From a virus: a DNA stretch of 64,000 nucleotides. The notes beneath the pieces are model-generated. The model was not told where the DNA came from, searched no databases, and was given only the letters and a program-made list of their open reading frames with translations. Position 1 is the first letter of the stretch. The number at the start of each line of letters is the position of its first letter. Of this stretch, positions 37,638 to 44,638 are shown one piece after another. The stretch covers positions 19,873 to 83,872 of IMG/VR virus record IMGVR_UViG_3300026311_000001. One strand, given 5' to 3'. The translations under genes were made by a program, and so were the position numbers.

Positions 37638-37895
37638 GTACTTTTATGTGATTGCGGGTCGGCGGAGCATCAAATAATAATACATAAAGACAAAGATTTT
37701 TCAGAAGGATATAGAGAAGTGATACTTTGTCCACACTTAATCACATACCGTAATATTTTCAAACGGGTATTGGTTGCTTTTAAATACATATTTGGTTATA
37801 AATGCAAATATGGTGCGTGGGATAGTATCATAGTTTCGAAACAAAATTATCTACCATTAAAAGAAGCTGTGGAGTTTCTTGAGTATGGTGGCTAA
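37569..37895 (+). CDS. hypothetical cassette protein
   Basis: Its only Met codon lies inside the preceding palindrome loop; an in-frame GTG sits at the GTT core (37626). Confidence 0.45.
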   Translation: MTKLAENNPQGTANIADDCVLATVLLCDCGSAEHQIIIHKDKDFSEGYREVILCPHLITYRNIFKRVLVAFKYIFGYKCKYGAWDSIIVSKQNYLPLKEAVEFLEYGG

Positions 37896-38022
37896 CGGAC
37901 GAGCGTATGAGTAGTGGCGGATAGAATGCAACTACCTTTCGTAAAGCACAAAGATTGAAAAGAGAACTAAACTTAAATATTAACACAAAAACCGCCATTA
38001 CTTATACGCATTGTTAGCGGTA
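37887..38022 (+). repeat. attC-like imperfect palindrome (136 bp)
   Basis: GGTGGCTAAC (stop TAA inside); arms GGACGAGCGTATGAGTAGTGGCGG / CCGCCATTACTTATACGCATT; GTTAGCGGTA = revcomp of 38596-605. Confidence 0.7.
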
Positions 38023-38049
38023 TGTATGGGCGGATTAGAAGTACAAAAG

Positions 38050-38604
38050 ATGAAAAAATACGAAATAATTTACGCAGATCCAGCTTGGCAATATAAGACC
38101 AAAGAAAGCCTTGCAAAAACAAGTATTTTGAATGGGGAGCTTAACACCCATTATGGAACGATGACTATTGCTGAGTTGGGTGGGTTGCCGTTGGGGAGCA
38201 TTTCAGATAAAAACTCTATGCTGTTTATGTGGGTGGTTAGCCCGATGCTTGATGATGGAATTGAACTTATGAAAAAATGGGGCTTTAAATATAGCACAAT
38301 AGCTTTTATTTGGCACAAACAAAGGGCTAACCCTGGACATTATACTATGAGCGAATGTGAAATATGTTTAGTTGGAAGGCGGGGTAAAATACCAACTCCA
38401 AGAGGGGCAAGAAATGTTCGTCAGTTTTTATCTGAAATGCGTGGAAAACACTCTGCTAAACCAACTGAAATAAGAAATAGAATTGAACTTATGTTTCCAA
38501 CACAAACAAAATTAGAAATGTTTGCAAGGCAGAGTGCGAAGGGTTGGGATGCGTGGGGAAACGAGGTTGAAAATAGCATTGACCTTAGCCCATATTACCG
38601 CTAA
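38050..38604 (+). CDS. MT-A70-family N6-adenine DNA methyltransferase
   Basis: MKKYEIIYADPAWQY (DPPW-type motif), ..HSAKPTE.. Confidence 0.8.
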   Translation: MKKYEIIYADPAWQYKTKESLAKTSILNGELNTHYGTMTIAELGGLPLGSISDKNSMLFMWVVSPMLDDGIELMKKWGFKYSTIAFIWHKQRANPGHYTMSECEICLVGRRGKIPTPRGARNVRQFLSEMRGKHSAKPTEIRNRIELMFPTQTKLEMFARQSAKGWDAWGNEVENSIDLSPYYR

Positions 38605-38697
38605 CGGCTTGTGGTATGAAATCGAAACCGACACCACCACAGCCTGAACAATGCGACTAAGCAACCAGAGGTTTTGTTTTATACCACTTGTTAGCCA
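38596..38697 (+). repeat. attC-like imperfect palindrome (102 bp)
   Basis: TACCGCTAAC (stop inside); arms GGCTTGTGGTATGAAATCGAAACC / GGTTTTGTTTTATACCACTT; GTTAGCCA = revcomp of 39141-48. Confidence 0.7.
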
Positions 38698-38739
38698 TCT
38701 GGTGCGGTCAATTAGTAATAAACTTAATTTGAAAACGAA

Positions 38740-39147
38740 ATGGAAGCAAAAAATTTTAGAATTGGAAATTTACTTACAAGCAAAGGATGGGGAAATGTTG
38801 GGGCAATTGAAGGGATTGAAATTACACAAGATGGTTTTGAATTGAAAGTAAAAGGGTATGTGCATCCTTGGGAAAAAGACAAATATTTTGATTTAGCCCC
38901 AATTGAATTAGATGAAGAATGGCTTACAAAATTTGGATTTATTGAAGAAACTCCAAACGAGTTTATACTACGGAAACATCCGATAATTTTTAACATTCAT
39001 AGAAATTTAGTCACTGGTGAGTTTATGTCCAGAATGAACCCGAATTATTCAATATTAGTTAAATCTGTTCATCAATTGCAGAATTTATTTTTTGCGCTTA
39101 CAAAAGATGAACTTGAATTGAAAACGGAATGTAGCACTTGTGGCTAA
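38740..39147 (+). CDS. hypothetical cassette protein
   Basis: 135-aa ORF, stop inside TGGCTAAC. Confidence 0.5.
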   Translation: MEAKNFRIGNLLTSKGWGNVGAIEGIEITQDGFELKVKGYVHPWEKDKYFDLAPIELDEEWLTKFGFIEETPNEFILRKHPIIFNIHRNLVTGEFMSRMNPNYSILVKSVHQLQNLFFALTKDELELKTECSTCG

Positions 39148-39235
39148 CGGTCGGGTATTGGCGATGCCCGCACTTAGAAACTTTAAATTATAAACAAGCT
39201 GTCCAGCGGGTATTGCCAATACCTTGTTAGCAGCA
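39141..39235 (+). repeat. attC-like imperfect palindrome (95 bp)
   Basis: TGGCTAAC (stop inside); arms GGTCGGGTATTGGCGATGCCCGC / GCGGGTATTGCCAATACCTT; GTTAGCAGCA = revcomp of 39446-55. Confidence 0.7.
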
Positions 39236-39252
39236 GTAACGGATTAAAAAAA

Positions 39253-39441
39253 ATGGAACAGTCAAAACAAGAAAAAGAAATTTATGAGTTAGCAGAACTT
39301 TTGATGCAGTCTGAAAACTTAGAAGCAAGTGCAACTATCCTTCGTGATTTTGCTGAAAAGTGTTATCAAGAAGGGGCGGTTGATGCTCAAAAAGATGCAG
39401 CGGAAGAAATACGTGAACACTATGTCGAAGGTGGTCGGTAG
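39253..39441 (+). CDS. hypothetical small acidic cassette protein
   Basis: 62-aa ORF. Confidence 0.4.
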   Translation: MEQSKQEKEIYELAELLMQSENLEASATILRDFAEKCYQEGAVDAQKDAAEEIREHYVEGGR

Positions 39442-39445
39442 TTAT

Positions 39446-39581
39446 TGCTGCTAACGGTTGATTATATGAAACGGTGGGGATTTAAAGCCTTACATTTTCG
39501 CATCGTAATAAACTAACAACAAGGCAGGTGGGCTAAAAAGACGTATGACACCCCACTGTTTTATATAATGTGTTGTGCGCA
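39446..39581 (+). repeat. attC-like imperfect palindrome (136 bp)
   Basis: TGCTGCTAAC; arms GGTTGATTATATGAAACGGTGGGG / CCCCACTGTTTTATATAATGT. GTTGTGCGCA differs from its own AAC side but equals revcomp of 39794-803. Confidence 0.7.
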
Positions 39582-39589
39582 GTACGGTT

Positions 39590-39790
39590 ATGAAATTTGC
39601 AGTAACAGTTTTTAATACTGAAAGAGTTTCTTACGAAGAAATAAAAGACGTAGGACACACGAAAATTTTTAATGACACTGATAGTTTGAAAGATATAATT
39701 GAATGGGGAAACTCTATTCGTGCAAAAACCTATGATGGGCCAAAAACAGTTGATATAACAGAATTAAGATTCAGCAAGTTGTGTGAGTAG
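39590..39790 (+). CDS. hypothetical small cassette protein
   Basis: ATG at 39590 preferred over the GTG at 39575, which lies in the GTT core. Confidence 0.4.
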   Translation: MKFAVTVFNTERVSYEEIKDVGHTKIFNDTDSLKDIIEWGNSIRAKTYDGPKTVDITELRFSKLCE

Positions 39791-39793
39791 TAT

Positions 39794-39891
39794 TGCGCAC
39801 AACGGATGGGTATATGAAAAGTAGCCCAACCGCAAACTTTGAACAACGCACGAACCTTTCATGGGCTATTTTTTATATACCGTGTTAGCTG
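39794..39891 (+). repeat. attC-like imperfect palindrome (98 bp)
   Basis: TGCGCACAAC; arms GGATGGGTATATGAAAAGTAGCCCA / TGGGCTATTTTTTATATACCGT; GTTAGCTG = revcomp of 40764-71. Confidence 0.7.
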
Positions 39892-39923
39892 TCTGGTGCG
39901 GATTTTAAAAACAAAACTTTAAT

Positions 39924-40757
39924 ATGAAAAACGAACGTAGTAATAATATTTTTTTGAGCGGTGGCAAAAATGGTTTTGAAAAAAACAAAAACATCCTTTG
40001 GTATGGTGAATGCCTTCAGATGATGAAGCAAATACCTGACCAGAGTATAAACCTAATCTGCTGTGATTTACCCTATGGTGTGACTAAAAATAAATGGGAT
40101 TCATTAATTGACTTGGATTTGCTTTGGGAGCAATACGAAAGAGTAATAGTTGAAAATGGTGCAATAGTTCTTTTTGGACAAGATAAATTTTCTGCAAGGT
40201 TGATGCTTTCAAATGAGAAGCTACATAGATATAACTTGATATGGCAGAAAACCACACCAACAGGACATTTGAACGCTAAAAGAATGCCCTTAAGAAGCCA
40301 CGAAGATATATTGGTGTTTTACAAGAAATTACCAACATATAACCCACAAAAAACGACTGGACACAAAAGGAAGGTAAGCACAGCAAAGCATAAGCGAAAC
40401 TCAAAAAAGACAACCAATTACGGTGAACACGGATTGACAACTTATGATAGTACCGAACGCTACCCGAAAAGTGTTTTGACCTTTGCAACTGATAAACAGA
40501 AATCAGCATTACATCCAACACAAAAACCGCTGGAGTTGATTAAATATCTTGTAAAAACATATTCAAATGAAAATGATTGGGTACTTGATAATACTTGCGG
40601 AAGTAACACAACTGGACTTGCTTGCTTTGAATTAAACCGAAACTATATTGGAATTGAGAATGATTTTGATATGTACGAAATTTCAAAAGAGCGGGTGGGA
40701 GAAAAAAATATTATTACGGCTGATATGCACGAACCTTCAATTAAAACTGGAACGTAG
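39924..40757 (+). CDS. DNA methyltransferase (N4-C/N6-A, beta class)
   Basis: LICCDLPYGV catalytic motif; HPTQKPLELIKYLV; DNTCGSNTTG AdoMet motif. Confidence 0.8.
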   Translation: MKNERSNNIFLSGGKNGFEKNKNILWYGECLQMMKQIPDQSINLICCDLPYGVTKNKWDSLIDLDLLWEQYERVIVENGAIVLFGQDKFSARLMLSNEKLHRYNLIWQKTTPTGHLNAKRMPLRSHEDILVFYKKLPTYNPQKTTGHKRKVSTAKHKRNSKKTTNYGEHGLTTYDSTERYPKSVLTFATDKQKSALHPTQKPLELIKYLVKTYSNENDWVLDNTCGSNTTGLACFELNRNYIGIENDFDMYEISKERVGEKNIITADMHEPSIKTGT

Positions 40758-40763
40758 CACTTG

Positions 40764-40900
40764 CAGCTAACGGATTACGGCTATGAAGCGTTGCCGAGTA
40801 AAACGCCCTAACTTTCAAATTAAAAATAAAATGAATAAAGAGAACAAAACTTCGGATAAGCACGAACACGGCAATGATTTTATAGCCGATGTTATGCAAC
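40764..40900 (+). repeat. attC-like imperfect palindrome (137 bp)
   Basis: CAGCTAAC; arms GGATTACGGCTATGAAGCGTTGCCG / CGGCAATGATTTTATAGCCGAT; GTTATGCAAC = revcomp of 41041-50. Confidence 0.7.
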
Positions 40901-41049
40901 GTTTTTTAATTTATGCTGATGACTACATCACTTGGAACAAACAAAAAAATGACTGGAATCATTCTGATGAATTTACAGGCACTTACTTAGACGCTCACGA
41001 ATATGCCCGTTCAAAATATGGTAAGCGTTATACTTTAAATGTTGCATAA
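40831..41049 (+). CDS. hypothetical small cassette protein
   Basis: MNKENK leader start in the loop; alternative in-frame ATG inside the GTTATGC core at 40894. Confidence 0.4.
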   Translation: MNKENKTSDKHEHGNDFIADVMQRFLIYADDYITWNKQKNDWNHSDEFTGTYLDAHEYARSKYGKRYTLNVA

Positions 41050-41174
41050 CGTGTTGCAAATAAATATAGTACGATTATGAAAGAAAAAATTATCGAAATA
41101 GTAGGATTTAACATGGAACCCGAAAGGGCTGAACTTATTGCGCAGCGAGTATTGGATTTATTTGCTGTTATGCG
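41041..41174 (+). repeat. attC-like imperfect palindrome (134 bp)
   Basis: GTTGCATAAC (stop inside); arms GTGTTGCAAATAAATAT / GATTTATTTGCT; GTTATGCG = revcomp of 41376-83. Confidence 0.55.
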
Positions 41175-41382
41175 ACGTTTTAATTTTAGAATTGTAAAAG
41201 ACGTGAATAGAGATAAAAAACACCCAGGATGGGAAATGATTAATTACGGATTAGAAATTGATAATGAAATAGTATGTTGGTTTGCTTATGAACATCCACA
41301 AATGACATTAGAAGAAATTAAGTTGCAACAAAATAAAAGAGAATTATATGAAGAAATTGTGCGCAGGGTAAATGGCGCATAA
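41077..41382 (+). CDS. hypothetical cassette protein
   Basis: 101-aa ORF; in-frame ATG inside the GTTATGCG core at 41170. Confidence 0.45.
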   Translation: MKEKIIEIVGFNMEPERAELIAQRVLDLFAVMRRFNFRIVKDVNRDKKHPGWEMINYGLEIDNEIVCWFAYEHPQMTLEEIKLQQNKRELYEEIVRRVNGA

Positions 41383-41472
41383 CGGTTGAGGCTAAGAAAC
41401 GTAGCCTTGTAATCACGTTTCAAAATAGGCAGGAACTTGTCAGGCTATGTTTTTTAGCCTTTGTTACCGCCA
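41374..41472 (+). repeat. attC-like imperfect palindrome (99 bp)
   Basis: GGCGCATAAC (stop inside); arms GGTTGAGGCTAAGAAACGTAGCC / GGCTATGTTTTTTAGCCTTT; GTTACCGCCA = revcomp of 41947-56. Confidence 0.7.
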
Positions 41473-41488
41473 GTTAATTTTAAAAGTC

Positions 41489-41746
41489 ATGAGTAATTAT
41501 TTGGAATTTCAAGAAATTAAATCAGATTATTTTAATGCTGATGGTGAATTTTACGGAGGATTCACAGGATGCTCGCCTGTAAAAAATATTATGGAAAAAA
41601 TGAACAAAACTATTGAGGAAATGGCAGAACATTCAAAACGCCTTGTTGCTCAAATTGAATCTTTTGACTTTATAAACAAAGAACCATTAAATTTAAAAGA
41701 TAGTGAACATTTTATTAACTTAAAAAAATATATAGATTATGTGTAA
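41489..41746 (+). CDS. hypothetical cassette protein
   Basis: MSNYLEF start preferred over the 41447 start, which lies in the palindrome arm. Confidence 0.4.
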   Translation: MSNYLEFQEIKSDYFNADGEFYGGFTGCSPVKNIMEKMNKTIEEMAEHSKRLVAQIESFDFINKEPLNLKDSEHFINLKKYIDYV

Positions 41747-41945
41747 ATATAAAAAATCAAACCCGCAACCTAAAAACATTCCATATCCAAGAGTTCAATT
41801 TGAATCTGAGTGTGGATTTAAACTTATGTTAACAGAAGGATATGACCAAGATTGGCATAACCACAAAAAATACGGACAGCCATTATTGCCAAAAGGTAAA
41901 TGCTTAAAGTGTCAGTCTGAAATTGAAGTAGTGCCGTCTTTTTAA
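41739..41945 (+). CDS. hypothetical small protein with a CxxC pair
   Basis: 68-aa ORF, ..CGF...GKCLKCQSE.. Confidence 0.4.
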   Translation: MCKYKKSNPQPKNIPYPRVQFESECGFKLMLTEGYDQDWHNHKKYGQPLLPKGKCLKCQSEIEVVPSF

Positions 41946-41946
41946 T

Positions 41947-42082
41947 TGGCGGTAACGGTGGGTGTAGCTGCCAGTGGCGGCAAGTAACCGAAAAGCATAA
42001 TTAGAATTATAAACTTTAAAATACTTACAAAATGTCAAACGAAGAACAACACCAGCCATTGCAGCTACACGATGTTAGCCGC
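41947..42082 (+). repeat. attC-like imperfect palindrome (136 bp)
   Basis: TGGCGGTAAC; arms GGTGGGTGTAGCTGCCAGTGGC / GCCATTGCAGCTACACGAT; GTTAGCCGC = revcomp of 42408-16. Confidence 0.65.
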
Positions 42083-42403
42083 TGCCCTTCTGATGTTGAA
42101 ATGATTGAATCATTAAATAAGAAGGTTGAAGAAAAACAACGAAAACTTAATGACCTGGAAAACAAATTCAGGGAATGCCGGGAAGAGTACAGGCAACTTA
42201 TATCTTTTCAAATCGCTCAATTAAGAGCAGTACAGATGCTTTACGATGTGATGAAAAACGGAAATACTCACTATCAAAAGGCTTTATTTGCTGAAATAGC
42301 TAAGGAATCGCTTGGCCGAGAAATAGGTTCACTTATTGAACGCTATCAAAACACTAAATGGAAATTTCGATTAGGTGACGAACCTGACGAACTACCGTTT
42401 TAG
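42032..42403 (+). CDS. coiled-coil protein with SSB-like acidic tip
   Basis: Ends ..GDEPDELPF*. Confidence 0.45.
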   Translation: MSNEEQHQPLQLHDVSRCPSDVEMIESLNKKVEEKQRKLNDLENKFRECREEYRQLISFQIAQLRAVQMLYDVMKNGNTHYQKALFAEIAKESLGREIGSLIERYQNTKWKFRLGDEPDELPF

Positions 42404-42407
42404 GGTT

Positions 42408-42542
42408 GCGGCTAACGTTGGGTATATGACCAGTAGCGGATTAAATAGTAATAACTTATCAAATTAGTAGAATGAATATAGAAAGCACAGAACTTCAAAA
42501 CAGCACCGCCCCCGCTATTGGTTATATACCGGGTTATGCACA
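42408..42542 (+). repeat. attC-like imperfect palindrome (135 bp)
   Basis: GCGGCTAAC; arms GTTGGGTATATGACCAGTAGCGG / CCGCTATTGGTTATATACCGG; GTTATGCACA = revcomp of 43555-64. Confidence 0.7.
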
Positions 42543-43551
42543 GGTTTTTTCTCATCGTTTTCCTTATCGTTGGACTTTGAAAGATGCCAACTTTACAAAG
42601 GATAAGGGCAAAGTATTTAGTTGCTTTGCTTGTGGTGGTGGTTCAACAATGGGTTACAAATTAGCGGGGTTTGATGTGATAGGATGCAATGAGATTGACC
42701 CTAAAATGATGGAAGCATACCGAACTAACCACAACCCCAAATACAGCTATTTAGAACCGATACAAACCTTTAAACTTAGAAAGGATTTACCAAAGGAATT
42801 ATACAACCTTGATATTTTGGACGGTTCACCACCTTGTAGCAGTTTTTCAATGGCTGGAAATAGAGAAAAAGACTGGGGTAAAGATAAGGTTTTTAGAGAA
42901 GGTCAAGCGATGCAAGTTTTAGATACTTTGTTTTTTGATTTTATTGATTTGGCGAAGAAATTACAGCCGAAAGTTGTGGTTGCTGAAAATGTGAAAGGGT
43001 TGCTTTTAGGCGAAGCGAAGAAATATGTAAGACAAATATACCGTGAGTTTGACCAAGCAGGATATTACTGCCAACATTGGCTTTTAGATGCTTCAAAAAT
43101 GGGTGTACCTCAAAGACGTGAGCGAGTGTTTTTTATTTGTTTACGTAAAGATTTAGCTGAACCTTTTTTGTATCAGCAAGATTTGTTTACGGTTAATCCT
43201 AAATTGGAATTGAATTTTAATGAGCCGGAAATACCTATAAAGCAATTTGCAAAAGGTATTGCAAAAAAAGAAAGTCAAAATTATTCAGAAGATAGATTTG
43301 GCGATGTAATGTTAGACTTGAATAGAGCAAGCAACACAATAGCGACAGACATAAATAGATATTGGCTTGATGAAAATACGTTGATTGATAAAAACACAGT
43401 TAGCTTAATAGGTAGTTATCCTATTGATTACAACCACTTGGAATTTAACAACCCTCAGTATTTAATCGGAATGAGCGTTCCGCCTGTAATGACAGCAAAC
43501 ATAGCGACTGAAATTTATTCGCAATGGCTCTCAAAATTGGCACGGTCTTAA
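42472..43551 (+). CDS. DNA (cytosine-5) methyltransferase
   Basis: FSCFACGGGSTMGY (I), GSPPCSSFSMAG (IV), ENVKGLL (VI), QRRERVFFI (VIII). Confidence 0.85.
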   Translation: MNIESTELQNSTAPAIGYIPGYAQVFSHRFPYRWTLKDANFTKDKGKVFSCFACGGGSTMGYKLAGFDVIGCNEIDPKMMEAYRTNHNPKYSYLEPIQTFKLRKDLPKELYNLDILDGSPPCSSFSMAGNREKDWGKDKVFREGQAMQVLDTLFFDFIDLAKKLQPKVVVAENVKGLLLGEAKKYVRQIYREFDQAGYYCQHWLLDASKMGVPQRRERVFFICLRKDLAEPFLYQQDLFTVNPKLELNFNEPEIPIKQFAKGIAKKESQNYSEDRFGDVMLDLNRASNTIATDINRYWLDENTLIDKNTVSLIGSYPIDYNHLEFNNPQYLIGMSVPPVMTANIATEIYSQWLSKLARS

Positions 43552-43554
43552 ACT

Positions 43555-43689
43555 TGTGCATAACGGCTGCGGGTATGACCAGTGGCGGATTACGAGTACA
43601 AAACTTTCAAAATACGATACAGAATGAACGAAGCAAATAACTTTCAAATAGCAGAAAACCCGCCATTGGTTATACCCGATGTTAGCAAC
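43555..43689 (+). repeat. attC-like imperfect palindrome (135 bp)
   Basis: TGTGCATAAC; arms GGCTGCGGGTATGACCAGTGGCGG / CCGCCATTGGTTATACCCGAT; GTTAGCAAC = revcomp of 44372-80. Confidence 0.7.
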
Positions 43690-44367
43690 TGCCCTTTTTC
43701 TATTGTCTTTAACGAGGATTGTGTGCAGGGTTTAAAACGCTTTGCAGATAATTACTTTGATTTGGCAATAGTTGACCCGCCTTATGGAATTGGAGCAGAT
43801 AAAGCCCAAAATAACGCTGCTATGCAAAGAATAAAAGCAGAAGGTAAAAGCAAAGCTGGGAGAGGTTGGAAATTATACGCTGATACTGATTGGGATAATG
43901 AAATACCAACCTTTGAATATTGGGAGCAGTTGTTTAGGGTATCTAAAAATCAAATTGTGTGGGGTGGCAATTACTTTACGGAATATCTGCCCCCATCAAT
44001 GGGTTGGGTAATGTGGGATAAAGGGCAAAGAGATTTTAGCCTTGCCGATGGGGAACTTGCATGGACAAGTTTTAACAAAGCCTTACGAATATTTGAAATG
44101 AGTAGAGGAAAGGCACTTGCTAAAAATAACGAGCAAGGGGGCAGATTTCACCCAACTCAAAAACCTGAAATGCTTTATAGTTGGATTTTGCAGAATTACG
44201 CAAAGCAGGGGGATTTGATTTTAGATACCCATTTAGGAAGTGGAAGTTCAAGAATAGCAGCGTATAAAGGCGGGTTCAACTTTGTAGGATTTGAAATAAA
44301 CGAACATTATTACGAGAAGCAAGAAAAGCGTTTTAAAAACTTCTCGGCACAGCAGCGGCTCTTTTAG
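43624..44367 (+). CDS. N6-adenine/N4-cytosine DNA methyltransferase (DPPY)
   Basis: LAIVDPPYGIG, HPTQKPEMLYSWIL, DTHLGSGSS; start MNEANNF preferred over the GTG at 43582. Confidence 0.8.
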   Translation: MNEANNFQIAENPPLVIPDVSNCPFSIVFNEDCVQGLKRFADNYFDLAIVDPPYGIGADKAQNNAAMQRIKAEGKSKAGRGWKLYADTDWDNEIPTFEYWEQLFRVSKNQIVWGGNYFTEYLPPSMGWVMWDKGQRDFSLADGELAWTSFNKALRIFEMSRGKALAKNNEQGGRFHPTQKPEMLYSWILQNYAKQGDLILDTHLGSGSSRIAAYKGGFNFVGFEINEHYYEKQEKRFKNFSAQQRLF

Positions 44368-44371
44368 GGTT

Positions 44372-44405
44372 GTTGCTAACATATGTATAAGCGCACTTTA
44401 CAGAC
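44372..44405 (+). repeat. attC-like AAC-side half-site (last of + array)
   Basis: GTTGCTAAC + ATATGTATAAGCGCAC... The only complementary partner in the window is the inverted copy at the right window edge. Confidence 0.4.
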
Positions 44406-44548
44406 GTAAATAATCATGTAATACAGTAACAATGGCACTTACAGAAAAACAAAAATATAATATTCAACAACTCTCCATTGAAGATACAATAGAAATACTT
44501 GACGAGTGTAAAGAAAGACTTGGATTAGTCTCGCAGGGAGATTATAAA
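44378..44548 (+). repeat. inverted repeat, left copy (171 bp)
   Basis: 100% identical to the reverse complement of 63743-63747 plus 63836 to window end. Confidence 0.9.
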
Positions 44549-44638
44549 AAGATAACAGCGTATCCATATTCCCGTGAAAATTTAGTACAGGATATGAAGA
44601 AAGGAAAGATCAGGTATTGGGAGTTGTACCCCATTTAA
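44432..44638 (+). CDS. hypothetical small protein; 5' part duplicated in inverted orientation at window end
   Basis: 68-aa ORF; bases 44432-44543 recur as the reverse complement at 63836-63947. Confidence 0.4.
   Translation: MALTEKQKYNIQQLSIEDTIEILDECKERLGLVSQGDYKKITAYPYSRENLVQDMKKGKIRYWELYPI
44551..44632 (+). repeat. possible attC-like site between small ORF and tnpB unit (arms weak)
   Basis: GATAAC (44551-56) ... GTTGTACCCC (44623-32) = revcomp of 45917-26; inner-arm pairing poor. Confidence 0.3.

Noticed and set aside
38651-38845. ORF 38651..38845 (+)
   Set aside because: It starts inside the loop of palindrome 38596-38697 and overlaps the better-supported ORF 38740..39147 in another frame.
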